Source: Acidimicrobiales bacterium
GTDB taxonomy: Bacteria; Actinomycetota; Acidimicrobiia; Acidimicrobiales; Aldehydirespiratoraceae
DNA length: 64,000 nucleotides
Assembly (NCBI GenBank): GCA_029246685.1
Contig: JAQWMR010000013.1
Location: forward strand, 11,931-75,930
Direction: 5' to 3'
How positions within the stretch are numbered: the stretch's first letter is position 1; the number at the start of each line of letters is the position of its first letter. Shown here in pieces: positions 28,927 to 38,845 of this stretch. The translations under genes and the position numbers were made by a program. Under the pieces are notes generated by a model, which was given only the letters and a program-made list of their open reading frames with translations, did not search any database and was not told where the DNA came from.

Positions 28927-29730
28927 ATGGCGATCGATGCCAGGCTCCGTCAACGGCGGGTAGCGGTTCTTCGGGCTGCGGGCCGGCGCCGGTTGCGGCT
29001 CCTCGCGACCGCGCTCGGGCTGGTGCTGGTGATCGTCGGAGTCTGGGGGCTGACCCGGACTGCTTTGCTCGACCTCGACCATGTGAATGTCGACGGTGTC
29101 GAGGGCACAGAGGTCGCCGTCGTCGAGTCGTTGGCGAACCTGGAACGAGGCACAGCGATGTTCGACCTCGATCTCGGCGCCGCAAGAGCGGCGGTCGCCG
29201 AGTTGCCGTGGATCAAGTCCGTCGCCGTCGAGCGCTCGTGGCCCGGGTCAGTCGACATCACCGTCGCGCGTCGGGCGCCGGTCGCTGTCTTGGCCGGGGA
29301 CGGCGGCGCGTTCCTCGTCGACGAAGAGGGGGTCGTCATCGCGGAGCTCAGCGGAGACAGCACCCTTCCCGTCGTGGAGTGGACGGTCACGGCGATGCCG
29401 GGGGAGGCCGAACGCGAGGCTCTCCCCGCGATCGCGGTCGCTCGCTCCATTCCGGACGATCTCGCTCCGTGGGTCGAGTCCGTCACCATGACTTCGGGCA
29501 CCGCCGGCAGTCCGGTCGATCTCGGGCTCGATCTCACGGGATCGGCGTCGGCCGATCTCGGCAACGCCGACCTGATCGAGGACAAGCTCGCCGCAGTACG
29601 AGCGGTGCTCCAGCGCATCGACCTCGCGTGTCTCGACGTGATCGATGTGACGGTCGCCGACCTCGCGACGATCACCCGCGACGAAGTGTGCGACGCTGCA
29701 ACGGGTGGTGGTGAGGTGAATGACGGCTGA
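28927..29730 (+). CDS. ftsQ: Cell division protein FtsQ/DivIB
   Basis: Basic N-terminus, TM, POTRA (LPWIKSVAVERSWP); directly upstream of ftsZ. Confidence 0.88.
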   Translation: MAIDARLRQRRVAVLRAAGRRRLRLLATALGLVLVIVGVWGLTRTALLDLDHVNVDGVEGTEVAVVESLANLERGTAMFDLDLGAARAAVAELPWIKSVAVERSWPGSVDITVARRAPVAVLAGDGGAFLVDEEGVVIAELSGDSTLPVVEWTVTAMPGEAEREALPAIAVARSIPDDLAPWVESVTMTSGTAGSPVDLGLDLTGSASADLGNADLIEDKLAAVRAVLQRIDLACLDVIDVTVADLATITRDEVCDAATGGGEVNDG

Positions 29731-29852
29731 GCGTCCGCCAAACCCCAGGTCACCTCGGATAACGTTGAACGTTGATTCGCACGGATTTCGTGCGGTGGTC
29801 GGTTTCCCGTTCGCATTCTTCCAGTACCGCTCTCAACGAGGTCTCGCTACCG

Positions 29853-30956
29853 ATGTCTGATCCGCAGAACTACCTGGCTGTTATCAAGGTCATCGGCGTC
29901 GGTGGCGGCGGCGTCAACGCCGTCAACCGCATGATCGATGCCGGGCTCAAGGGCGTCGAGTTCATCGCAGCCAACACCGACGCGCAGGCGCTCTTGATGA
30001 GCGACGCCGACGAGAAGCTCGACATCGGCCGAGACCTCACCCGTGGCCTCGGCGCGGGCAGTGATCCCGAGATCGGCCGCCAGGCCGCCGAAGAGCACCT
30101 CGACGAGATTCGTGAAGCTATCCGTGGCGCCGACATGGTCTTCATCACAGCGGGCAAGGGCGGTGGCACCGGCACCGGTGCCGCTCCGGTCATCGCGGAG
30201 ATCGCAAAGTCCGAGGGTGCGCTCACCATCGGCGTGGTCACCCGGCCGTTCGCCTTCGAAGGTCGCCGTCGATCGGTGCAGGCCGAGGCCGGCATCCAGA
30301 AGTTGAAGGAGAAGGTCGACACGCTGATCGTCATTCCGAACGATCGACTGCTCACGGTCGCAGACACCAACACCTCGGTGCTCAACGCGTTCAAGATGGC
30401 CGACGAGGTGCTGCTGCAGGGTGTCCAGGGCATTACCACCCTCATCACCACGCCGGGTCTGATCAACACGGACTTCGCCGACGTGCGCACGATCATGACC
30501 GACGCCGGCAGCGCACTCATGGGCATCGGCCAGGGCACCGGCGAGGGTCGCTCCATCACCGCGGCCCGAGCGGCGATCTCCAGTCCGTTGCTCGAAGCGT
30601 CGATCGAGAACGCTCGCGGCATCCTGCTGAACATCAGCGGTGGCCCGGATCTCGGGCTCCTCGAAGTCAACGAGGCTGCGGAGATCATTCACGCCGTCGC
30701 CCATCAGGACGCCAACATCATTTTCGGCGCGGTCATCGACGACGAGATGGGCGACGACGTCCGCGTCACCGTGATCGCCGCCGGCTTCGATCGCTGGGAT
30801 GACGGTGCTCGCGCCTCAGCCCCGGCGCCTTCGGCGTCACTCGACCCGGGTGAGGCCACCGGGGAAGTCCCGATTGCTGATGTCTTCGCGCACAACGATG
30901 ACGGCGACCTCGATCTCGGCGACGACGACTTCGACGTCCCGTCCTTCCTCAAGTAG
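29853..30956 (+). CDS. ftsZ: Cell division protein FtsZ
   Basis: [31 protein letters not shown]-terminal DVPSFLK. Confidence 0.98.
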   Translation: MSDPQNYLAVIKVIGVGGGGVNAVNRMIDAGLKGVEFIAANTDAQALLMSDADEKLDIGRDLTRGLGAGSDPEIGRQAAEEHLDEIREAIRGADMVFITAGKGGGTGTGAAPVIAEIAKSEGALTIGVVTRPFAFEGRRRSVQAEAGIQKLKEKVDTLIVIPNDRLLTVADTNTSVLNAFKMADEVLLQGVQGITTLITTPGLINTDFADVRTIMTDAGSALMGIGQGTGEGRSITAARAAISSPLLEASIENARGILLNISGGPDLGLLEVNEAAEIIHAVAHQDANIIFGAVIDDEMGDDVRVTVIAAGFDRWDDGARASAPAPSASLDPGEATGEVPIADVFAHNDDGDLDLGDDDFDVPSFLK

Positions 30957-30960
30957 GCCC

Positions 30961-31641
30961 GTGATCGAGCGGCTCCTGCCTGCAGGGCCGACCCGGCGGA
31001 TCCGCGTGCGAATCTCCTCACGCACGGACGGCGACTTTCACGTGGACGCAGAGCCGACGTCGCTCGCATCGCGCCGCCAGGCGCTTGCGGCCGGGGAGTG
31101 GACGTGGCTGCGCCAGGTGCACGGCGCCCACGTCGTGCTGGTCGAATCCGCCGGAGACGGCGCAGGCACGGAAGCCGATGCGAGCGTCACCAGCGCTCTG
31201 GGCGCGGTTCTGGCGGTCCAGACGGCCGATTGTGCTCCCGTGGTGCTCGTGGCCGACGGGGCGATCGGAGTTGCCCATGCCGGTTGGCGAGGCCTGGTGG
31301 GCGGCGTGATCCCGGTGGCCGTCGACGCCGTGCGGACCGCTGGTCGCGGGCGGGTCACGGCGCTGCTCGGTCCCGTGATCCATCCCTCGTCCTACGAGTT
31401 CGGCGAATCCGACCTGGCGCAGGTCGCCGCCGCCGTCGGCGCATCGGTCCGCGGCGAGACCGCCACGGGCGCACCCGCGCTGGACATGCCTGCCGCTGTC
31501 GCGGCAGCCCTCGCGTCGGCCGGGGTGGACGATGTCGTCGATCTCGGTATCGACACGGCTGGTCCAGAGTGGTTCTCGCACCGGGTCCGCGGTGACGTCG
31601 GACGCCAGGTGACCACCGCGACACTCGAGGCGGTCGAGTGA
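30961..31641 (+). CDS. pgeF: YfiH/PgeF family purine nucleoside phosphorylase / peptidoglycan editing factor
   Basis: QVHG, TADCAPV, AHAGWRG, FSHR; follows ftsZ. Confidence 0.88.
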   Translation: MIERLLPAGPTRRIRVRISSRTDGDFHVDAEPTSLASRRQALAAGEWTWLRQVHGAHVVLVESAGDGAGTEADASVTSALGAVLAVQTADCAPVVLVADGAIGVAHAGWRGLVGGVIPVAVDAVRTAGRGRVTALLGPVIHPSSYEFGESDLAQVAAAVGASVRGETATGAPALDMPAAVAAALASAGVDDVVDLGIDTAGPEWFSHRVRGDVGRQVTTATLEAVE

Positions 31642-32282
31642 TCGACCCGGTCGAGGTGGCCGCCCGGCTCGAACAGATGCAAGCCACGCTGGGTGGGCGG
31701 GCCGCCGAAATCACTGTCGTCGCCGTGACGAAGGCGTTCGAGTTCGATGCGATTGCGGCGGCCGAAACCGCCGGAATCGACGTGGTGGGTGAGAGCTACG
31801 CCCAGGAGTGCATTGCAAAGCTCGAGGGCCGCACGATCGGGCCGGCGGTGCACTTCATCGGCCGGCTGCAGCGCAACAAGGTCCGACGGCTGGCGGCCCT
31901 CGTCGACGTCTGGCAGAGCGTTGATCGGCCGGAGCTCGTGGACGAGATCGCGAAGCGCGCGCCGGGTGCCTCCGTGATGATCCAAGTCGACATCTCGAAC
32001 GAACCCCAGAAGGGCGGGTGTCCGCCGGCAGACCTGTCGCGCCTGCTCGATCGGGCCCGTGAGTCGGGGCTCGTGGTCGCGGGCTTGATGGGGATCGGAC
32101 CGATCGGCGAACCCGAACTCGCTCGGCCCGGCTTCGCCCGACTCCGACGGCTCGTCGACGACCACGGGCTCGAGTCGTGCTCGATGGGCATGAGCGCGGA
32201 CCTCTCTGTGGCCGTCGAGGAGGGCACCACGATGGTTCGGGTCGGCACGACACTGTTCGGCCCGAGGCCGCCGCGCGGATGA
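31638..32282 (+). CDS. yggS: PLP homeostasis protein YggS
   Basis: VAVTK, HFIGRLQRNK, SMGMSAD, VRVGTTLFG. Confidence 0.93.
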   Translation: MIDPVEVAARLEQMQATLGGRAAEITVVAVTKAFEFDAIAAAETAGIDVVGESYAQECIAKLEGRTIGPAVHFIGRLQRNKVRRLAALVDVWQSVDRPELVDEIAKRAPGASVMIQVDISNEPQKGGCPPADLSRLLDRARESGLVVAGLMGIGPIGEPELARPGFARLRRLVDDHGLESCSMGMSADLSVAVEEGTTMVRVGTTLFGPRPPRG

Positions 32283-32382
32283 TCTGCCGGTTGTCGACCG
32301 GGACATTGCCGGTGACCTGGGGGGATGCCCGAAATCAGCCCCGCGCGAGAGGTAGCCTGTCGGTAAGGCAGGAGCGGTGAGC

Positions 32383-32964
32383 ATGTTCAAGAAGGCGCTG
32401 ATCTATCTGGGCCTCGGCCCGGACGAGGAATATGAGCAGTACGACGACTTCGCGCCGTCCGGCGGTGCCGCGACCGAAGAGGGTCGGCCTGTGGTTCGCG
32501 CCGTCGAGCCGCCTCCGCGTCAGGCGAGTTCCGCCGTTCGACCCTTACCCGCAACACGGTCACCGGCCAGGGTCAGCACCGTGCGCGTCGTCCCGGCTGA
32601 TCCCACGCTCGAGGAGGACGAGCCCGCTCCCACGCTCGTCTCCCCCTCGCCGACGCCCGCCGAGTCCGCTGACGGCGCATCGGCGATCCGCATCGTCGAC
32701 ACCGCACCGACCAAGCCCTACGCGGTCACGCCCACCTCGTTCAACGAGGCGCAGGCCATCGGCGATCGCTTCAAGTCCGGACAGCCTGTGATCGTCAACC
32801 TGCAGGGCATCGAGCGGGATCTACGGCGACGTCTCGTTGACTTCGCGAGCGGCCTCTGTTACGCGCTCGGCGGGAAGATGGATCGAGTCGCCGATCAGGT
32901 GTATCTACTCATTCCGGCCGACGTCGAGGTGTCCTCCGACGACACCCGACGCGCCCTCGACTGA
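32383..32964 (+). CDS. sepF: Cell division protein SepF
   Basis: N-terminal amphipathic FKKALIYLGL; C-terminal IGDRFKSGQPVIVNL, RLVDFASGL. Confidence 0.93.
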   Translation: MFKKALIYLGLGPDEEYEQYDDFAPSGGAATEEGRPVVRAVEPPPRQASSAVRPLPATRSPARVSTVRVVPADPTLEEDEPAPTLVSPSPTPAESADGASAIRIVDTAPTKPYAVTPTSFNEAQAIGDRFKSGQPVIVNLQGIERDLRRRLVDFASGLCYALGGKMDRVADQVYLLIPADVEVSSDDTRRALD

Positions 32965-32979
32965 AGCGGGGTCGCGATC

Positions 32980-33237
32980 GTGACCGAGATCATCTGCAAC
33001 CTCCTGCTGATCGTGTTGTTGATCTTTGTCCTTCGGGCGGTGCTCAGTTGGTTCCCGCTCGATCCGGACGGCGGCGCGGCTGTCGTCGCCGGTTTCCTCT
33101 TCATGGTGACGGACCCGGTGCTGCGCCCGCTGCGACGGGTGATCCCGCCGCTCCGCATCGGAGGCGCGGCGTTGGATCTATCATTTCTGATCGTCGTGTT
33201 CGGCATCTCGATAGCGCGTGGTGTGATCGGCTGCTGA
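32980..33237 (+). CDS. yggT: YggT/YlmG membrane protein
   Basis: LSWFP, TDPVLRPLRRVIPP, LDLS. Confidence 0.9.
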   Translation: MTEIICNLLLIVLLIFVLRAVLSWFPLDPDGGAAVVAGFLFMVTDPVLRPLRRVIPPLRIGGAALDLSFLIVVFGISIARGVIGC

Positions 33238-33288
33238 GCCTCGTCGAGGCTCCCTGATTCGGCGGACTACGGGGTCTACGCTCGCCGC

Positions 33289-34866
33289 ATGGACGAAGTC
33301 TCACCCTTGTTCCAGGAGATCGAGTTCCACGAGCGGCTTCGCGGCTACGACCCCGATGAGGTCGATGCATACGTGGATCGGGTGGCACGCGCGGCGGCGG
33401 TGCTTCGCGGACGGCTCATGGAGCTGCAGGAGCGCGTCGACGCGGCGGAATCTCGAGAGCGGGCTGGCGCGGCCGGATCCACGGAGAGTGAGGAAACGCT
33501 TACTCGCACGCTCGTTCTCGCGCAGCGCACTGCGGATGCGGCGATCGCCGAGGCGCAGGAGGAGGCCGATCGAGTCACCGCGGATGCCGCGACGAGCGCC
33601 CAGGCGATCCTGAGCGGCGCAGAAGCCGAAGCCCAGGTCACACTGCGCGAAGCGCAGGCCGAGGCCGCTGGGCAGCTGCGAGAGAGCGAGGATCGAGCGG
33701 CCTTCGTCTTGGCTGAGGCCGAGACAGATCGCCGTTCGATTCTGGCCGAGGCCGAATCGCTGGCCGCGCAGGCCGCCATCGATGAACGCGATCGGATTGC
33801 CGCTGAGGTTTCTGAGCTCCAGGAGTACCGAGCATTTCTCGCTGACGACATTGAGATCCTCGAGCGCCACCTCGGCGAGGAGCGCCACCAACTCACCGTG
33901 TCGCTGTCCGCGCTCACTGACCTTCTCGAGTCGCCCGATGCCTTCCGTTCGTCGCGTGCGCCGGAGACGAGTGGTGTTTCGGTCGACGAGGGCCGCTTGG
34001 AGTCGATCGCGATCGATCTGACCACCGAGCCGGCAGACAGCGCCGAGTCTCTCGACTCGCACGCTCTCGACGTCGAGCCAGAGGTCGACGCTGAGGAGAC
34101 CGTCGAGACGACGGCCGACGAGGTTGTTCTCGACGAGGCCGAGATCATCGAGGCGGCGGTCGAGGAATCCGTCGAGTTGCCCGAGGTCGAGATCGCAGCC
34201 GCAGAGGAGATTTCGGGCGAAGAACCTGCCGTCGAGGACGTGGTCGATGACTTCACGATGGAGGACATCGCTGTGGAGGACGTCGCTCCAGCGGTCAACG
34301 CTGCGCAGCCCGAGTCGACCATGGTCGACGACGTGGTCGTCGCCGATCCCGATCCCGAGCCCGAACCCGTTGGTGCGCCGGTGTTTGCTCCGAGCGAATT
34401 CGACGAGTTCGACGCCTCGACGATCGATCTCGTCGCTGCTGAGGTCGACGACCTGCGCGTGCCAGAGTCCGAAGAGGTCGCCCTGTCGGAGATCGACCTC
34501 GACGGGGCCGTACTCGATGACGGTCGCACGACGTGGGCGGACGATGTCGCGTACACCACAGTCGCCGAGGCGCCGTCTGTGGCCTCCCCGCCCCGGCTCG
34601 TGACCGCCGCCGACCCCGAGTCGTCCACTCGGGCGGCGCCGGCGCCGCCGGTTGACGGCGGTCCTGCCACCGCCCCGGTGCCAACGATTCACGAGGAATC
34701 GCTCTTCAGCGATCCTGTACCCGCCGACGCGGACCCCTTCCTGTCGCAGTTGCGAGACGCTATGGAGGGTGAGGTCGTGGTGGACTCCGACGACGATGCC
34801 TTGACGGCGTTCTTCGATCAGGAGGACGACGAAGGCGATCGTTCCTGGTTCGGCCGTCGCCGCTGA
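33289..34866 (+). CDS. divIVA: DivIVA-domain protein with long acidic disordered extension
   Basis: EFHERLRGYDPDEVDAYVD, coiled coil, RTLVLAQRTAD; about 300 aa Asp/Glu-rich C-terminal region. Confidence 0.88.
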   Translation: MDEVSPLFQEIEFHERLRGYDPDEVDAYVDRVARAAAVLRGRLMELQERVDAAESRERAGAAGSTESEETLTRTLVLAQRTADAAIAEAQEEADRVTADAATSAQAILSGAEAEAQVTLREAQAEAAGQLRESEDRAAFVLAEAETDRRSILAEAESLAAQAAIDERDRIAAEVSELQEYRAFLADDIEILERHLGEERHQLTVSLSALTDLLESPDAFRSSRAPETSGVSVDEGRLESIAIDLTTEPADSAESLDSHALDVEPEVDAEETVETTADEVVLDEAEIIEAAVEESVELPEVEIAAAEEISGEEPAVEDVVDDFTMEDIAVEDVAPAVNAAQPESTMVDDVVVADPDPEPEPVGAPVFAPSEFDEFDASTIDLVAAEVDDLRVPESEEVALSEIDLDGAVLDDGRTTWADDVAYTTVAEAPSVASPPRLVTAADPESSTRAAPAPPVDGGPATAPVPTIHEESLFSDPVPADADPFLSQLRDAMEGEVVVDSDDDALTAFFDQEDDEGDRSWFGRRR

Positions 34867-34977
34867 CCTGCTGAGCGCCCGCTGGGGGCATCCGTCCAAT
34901 TTGTTGCCACCCTGCCTAGAATGCGCGCTTCGAACCGGGGTGTCGGCCTCGTTTCGCGGGGCAAGGAGCCACAACCC

Positions 34978-35583
34978 ATGGCGACGGCGAAAAAGAGCAC
35001 AAGAAAGGCAGCCAAAAAGGTCGCCGCGACGAAGCGCAGCACCAAGAAGTCCGTGAAGAAGTCTGTGAAGAAGGCCGCGGTGTCCTCGACCAAAAAGTCA
35101 ACAGCCAAGAAGCCAGCGGCGAAGAAAGCTGTGAAGAAGGCGCCGGCAAAGTCCGCGTCTACAAAGAAGCCAGCGGCGAAGAAAGCTGTGAAGAAGGCGG
35201 CCAAGTCGCCATTCGGCAAGAAGTTCAACGACGAGATGAAGGAGCGCTTGACCGCGGAACGCGCCAAGTACCTCCACTCCGCCGAGGAGTACCGCGCCGA
35301 GGCCGATGCCCTCATCGAGGGTCGTGAACCGGGCGATGTGCAGTTCGACGAAGAGTCCGGTGAGGGCGACACCCTCGCCGTCGAACGCGAGCGTGACCTC
35401 GCCCTCAGCGCACAAGCGCGCGGCGCGGTCGACCAGATCGACGCGGCGCTCGATCGCATCAAGGCCGGCACCTACGGCGTGTGCGTCGCGTCCGGCCTGT
35501 CGATCCCGCAGGAACGCCTCCGTGCGATTCCGTGGGCCGCTGAGCGTGTCGAGTACAAGGTCGGGGGACTCGGGCGCCTCTGA
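34978..35583 (+). CDS. TraR/DksA family regulator with histone-H1-like N-terminal tail and degenerate zinc finger
   Basis: IDAALDRIKAGTYGVC...IPQERLRAIPWA; only one Cys; about 80 aa Lys/Ala tail; AAGGAG RBS. Confidence 0.85.
   Translation: MATAKKSTRKAAKKVAATKRSTKKSVKKSVKKAAVSSTKKSTAKKPAAKKAVKKAPAKSASTKKPAAKKAVKKAAKSPFGKKFNDEMKERLTAERAKYLHSAEEYRAEADALIEGREPGDVQFDEESGEGDTLAVERERDLALSAQARGAVDQIDAALDRIKAGTYGVCVASGLSIPQERLRAIPWAAERVEYKVGGLGRL
35107..35199 (+). repeat. 36-bp exact direct repeat within the DksA-like tail
   Basis: AAGAAGCCAGCGGCGAAGAAAGCTGTGAAGAAGGCG at 35107-35142 and 35164-35199 (KKPAAKKAVKKA x2). Confidence 0.9.
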
Positions 35584-35603
35584 GCCCGAGCCTCGCGGTC
35601 ACC

Positions 35604-36524
35604 ATGCGTCCGCGACTCGACGAGACCATCCCGGAAGCCCTCGCCGGCGAGCGTGTGGACCGCGTTGTCGCGCTGCTGGGCGACATGAGTCGGTCAGCGG
35701 TCGCTCGTCTGGTGGACAATGGCAGCATTCGTCTGGACCGCGCCGTCATCCGGTCGGCGTCACGCCGCGTCGAGGTGGGGGAGCGGCTGGAGGTCGAGCT
35801 TCCGGAAGCGGTCGACCCGCGGCCCGCTCCTGACGACTCGGTGGACTTCGCCGTCCGCCACGAAGACGAACACATCCTCGTAGTCGAGAAGCCTGCGGGC
35901 CTGGTGGTTCACCCGGGCGCCGGGAACGAGGCGGGCACTCTGGTCAACGGCCTGGTCGCGCGGTACCCCGACATCGCCGACGTCGGCGATGTGCATCGGC
36001 CCGGAATCGTGCACCGCCTCGATCGGGGGACATCCGGCCTACTCGTCGTCGCCCGTACCGCAGCCGCCTATGAGGAGCTCGTGCGGCAGATGTCCGCCCA
36101 TGAGCCGGAACGGATCTATACCGCGCTGACGTGGGGCCATCCCGAGAACGACGGAGGCGTGATCGACGCCCCGATCGGGCGTTCGCCCCGTCATCCGACA
36201 CGGATGGCTGTCAGCCAGCACGGTCGCGACGCCGTCACCCACTACGCCGTGGACCAGCGATTCGACGAACCCCGCGAGACCGCCCTGCTCACCTGCCGAC
36301 TGGAGACCGGGCGCACCCACCAGATCCGGGTTCACCTGCGGGCCATCGGACACCCGGTCGTGGGCGACCGCGATTACGACGGTGGTCGACCGGGGCTCGA
36401 CCCGGGTCGCCCGTTCCTTCACGCCGGCGAGCTACGCGTCGTCCATCCGGCGACCGGCGAGGAAGTGCGCGTCGTCGCCGAGCTTCCGGATGACCTGCAA
36501 GCGTGTCTGCGCGAGTGTCGCTGA
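35604..36524 (+). CDS. rluD: RluA-family pseudouridine synthase with S4 domain
   Basis: KPAGLVVHPG, VHRLDRGTSG, LETGRTHQIRVH. Confidence 0.93.
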   Translation: MRPRLDETIPEALAGERVDRVVALLGDMSRSAVARLVDNGSIRLDRAVIRSASRRVEVGERLEVELPEAVDPRPAPDDSVDFAVRHEDEHILVVEKPAGLVVHPGAGNEAGTLVNGLVARYPDIADVGDVHRPGIVHRLDRGTSGLLVVARTAAAYEELVRQMSAHEPERIYTALTWGHPENDGGVIDAPIGRSPRHPTRMAVSQHGRDAVTHYAVDQRFDEPRETALLTCRLETGRTHQIRVHLRAIGHPVVGDRDYDGGRPGLDPGRPFLHAGELRVVHPATGEEVRVVAELPDDLQACLRECR

Positions 36525-36971
36525 TCAGGCGTCGTCGAGGCTCGGCCAGGGGCTGCGACCGCCGGCCATCTCCGCGATGTCGGCCAGCGTGAACGAGTCC
36601 AGGAAGGTGCGCATGTGGTTGCCGGCCGCGCCCCAGATCGTGAGGAGCACGCACTGGCCTTCGTGGTCGCAGGCGCTATCGGTGTGAGGCTCGCCGAAGT
36701 CGCCCGCCGTGATCGGACCGTCGACGGCTCGGACGATCTCGGACAGCCGGATGCTGTCGGGTTCGCGGGCGAGCACGTAACCGCCGCCGACGCCGCGCTT
36801 CGAGCGGACGAGGCCTGCGCCCTTGAGGGCGAGGAGAATCTGCTCGAGGTAGGGCTGGGGAAGTCCCGTTCGTTCAGCGATCTCGCGCACGGACGTGGGT
36901 GCGGCTTCGGTGTGGAGCGCGAGTGAGAGCAGCGCTCGCGCCGCATAGTCTCCTCGGGTCGACACACGCAT
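36525..36971 (-). CDS. Rrf2 family transcriptional regulator (IscR/CymR-like)
   Basis: MRVSTRGDYA, YLEQIL, SKRGVGGGYVLA, C-terminal ACDHEGQC. Confidence 0.9.
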   Translation of the reverse strand: MRVSTRGDYAARALLSLALHTEAAPTSVREIAERTGLPQPYLEQILLALKGAGLVRSKRGVGGGYVLAREPDSIRLSEIVRAVDGPITAGDFGEPHTDSACDHEGQCVLLTIWGAAGNHMRTFLDSFTLADIAEMAGGRSPWPSLDDA

Positions 36972-37062
36972 CGCTGAGAGCCTAGATCCTCGGGTGCGAT
37001 TCCGACGGACTCCGATCCAGACTGAGGTACCATGGGACAACGAGCCGCGAACGAGGCGAGCG

Positions 37063-38175
37063 ATGACGGCGGCTGACGACGTTCTGGTACTGCCGGACTA
37101 CGGCGGCGACTGCCTGACCGAGATCATCCCCGCCATCCTCGGATCTCAGGAGCTCGGACCCGACTCGATCATGGATGCCGCGATCGCGGATGCGCCGGCG
37201 GTCGTCGTTCTCGTCCTCGACGGGCTCGGATGGAACCAGCTGCAGGATCGATCTTCGGTGGCGCCGACGCTGGCTGAGCTCGCCGGCGGACGGATCACCA
37301 CCGTCGCGCCATCAACCACGGCAACTGCGCTCACGTCCATCAGCACAGGCACGACACCTGGCGTCCATGGCGTGGTCGGCTACCGGATCGACGTGGGCGG
37401 CGAAGTGCTCAACACGCTCCGCTGGACGACACCACGAGGTGACGCCCGAGAGCGGATCGGTCCCGGCGTGTTCCAGCCCGAGCCTGCGTTCCTCGGCCAG
37501 CGGCCGGTGGTGGTCACCATGGCCGGCTTCGAGGGAACGGGCTTCACGATGGCTCATCTCGCGGATGTGCGCCACGACGGTTGGTACACGCTGCCCGGCA
37601 TTGCGGTGACGGTTCGCCAGGCCGTGGCCAGCGGCGAACCGTTCGTCTACGCGTACTACGACGGCATCGACAAGACCGCCCACGTCCATGGATTCGGCGA
37701 GCACTACGACGCCGAGCTGGCTGCGTGTGACCGGATGGTGGCGGATCTGATGATGTCGCTGCCCCGGGGTACGTCGCTCGTCATCACGGCCGACCATGGG
37801 GTCGTCGACTGTGCCGGACAGGCGGTTGCGCTCGATCCCGGGCTCACCCGCCACATCGACCGCCAGTCGGGCGAGGCGCGGTTCCGGTGGCTCCACGCAG
37901 AGCCGGGCCACGCCCGCGATCTCGTCGCGGCGGCGGCCGACGCCCACAGCGACACTGCCTGGGTCCGCAGCGTCGAGCAGGTCATCGACGAGGGCTGGTT
38001 CGGCCCGACGGTGAGCGACGACGCTCGCGGCCGGCTGGGCGATGTCGCCCTCGTCGCGAAGGAGCGCTGGTACTTCCTCGATCCCGGCGACGCCCCGCGT
38101 ACGGAACTGATCGGTCGGCATGGTTCACTGACGCCCGACGAGATGTACGTCCCGCTGCTCACGTACGCGGGATGA
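37063..38175 (+). CDS. Alkaline phosphatase superfamily nucleotide pyrophosphatase/phosphodiesterase
   Basis: LVLDGLG, PSTTATAL, DKTAHVHG, TADHG, GRHGS. Confidence 0.85.
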   Translation: MTAADDVLVLPDYGGDCLTEIIPAILGSQELGPDSIMDAAIADAPAVVVLVLDGLGWNQLQDRSSVAPTLAELAGGRITTVAPSTTATALTSISTGTTPGVHGVVGYRIDVGGEVLNTLRWTTPRGDARERIGPGVFQPEPAFLGQRPVVVTMAGFEGTGFTMAHLADVRHDGWYTLPGIAVTVRQAVASGEPFVYAYYDGIDKTAHVHGFGEHYDAELAACDRMVADLMMSLPRGTSLVITADHGVVDCAGQAVALDPGLTRHIDRQSGEARFRWLHAEPGHARDLVAAAADAHSDTAWVRSVEQVIDEGWFGPTVSDDARGRLGDVALVAKERWYFLDPGDAPRTELIGRHGSLTPDEMYVPLLTYAG

Positions 38176-38184
38176 GAGGAACCG

Positions 38185-38736
38185 ATGACTGTGTCTGACC
38201 CTGTGCCTGATTCGACTGGGCCCGATCCGACTGTGCCTGATCCGCCCGCTCCCACGCCGGTGCCGGAGCTCCTGGACAACCCCGAGGTGCTCGAAACCAC
38301 CGGCGACGAGGAGGACGTCGACGAGACGATCGATCATCCTGCGAAGGTGATGCGGATCGGCACGATGCTCAAGCAACTGCTCGAGGAGGTCCGCTCCGCG
38401 ACCCTCGACGAGGCCAGTCGCGACCGGCTGCGTGAGATCTACACCACGTCCGTCGACGAGCTCGGCTCCACTCTGTCGCCGGATCTGCGTGACGAGCTGG
38501 GTCGGCTCGCGCTGCCGTTCAGCGGCAACGACGTTCCGAGCACGGCCGAGCTGCAGGTCGCGAAAGCGCAACTCGTGGGCTGGCTAGAAGGGCTCGTGCA
38601 GGGCATGCAGGCGATGCTTTTCGCCCAGCAGATGGCCGCGCAGCAGCAGCTGCAGTCCATGCGCGGTGAGCTCGGTCCGCCCGCGACCGAAGGCCCTCCA
38701 CCGGCAGGCGACGAACGGCCCGGTACCTACCTCTAG
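38185..38736 (+). CDS. bpa: Bacterial proteasome activator Bpa (PafE)
   Basis: PAKVMRIGTMLKQLLEEVR, AQLVGWLEGL, C-terminal GTYL (HbYX motif). Confidence 0.93.
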   Translation: MTVSDPVPDSTGPDPTVPDPPAPTPVPELLDNPEVLETTGDEEDVDETIDHPAKVMRIGTMLKQLLEEVRSATLDEASRDRLREIYTTSVDELGSTLSPDLRDELGRLALPFSGNDVPSTAELQVAKAQLVGWLEGLVQGMQAMLFAQQMAAQQQLQSMRGELGPPATEGPPPAGDERPGTYL

Positions 38737-38775
38737 CGGGGTCTGGCGCATGCCAGGTTGATACAGCTATGGTCG

Positions 38776-38828
38776 AATCACACGCTTGTGATTTGTCCAC
38801 AACGCGTCCACAGGTCGGTCCACAACGC
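38776..38828. promoter_or_regulatory. Palindrome plus three DnaA-box-like repeats upstream of dnaE
   Basis: AATCACA-CGCT-TGTGATT (38776-38793); TTGTCCACA (38793-38801), GCGTCCACA (38804-38812), CGGTCCACA (38816-38824). Confidence 0.6.
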
Positions 38829-38845
38829 TCGAAACGGGGGAGTTC

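Noticed and set aside
35584..35603. Absence of lspA/ileS between divIVA, dksA and rluD
   Set aside because: Gene order in this region varies commonly; no scar visible and it cannot be assessed from this window
38187..38250. Degenerate 12-15 nt tandem repeats at the 5' end of bpa
   Set aside because: Low-complexity Pro/Asp/Thr N-terminal extension, most simply explained by slippage
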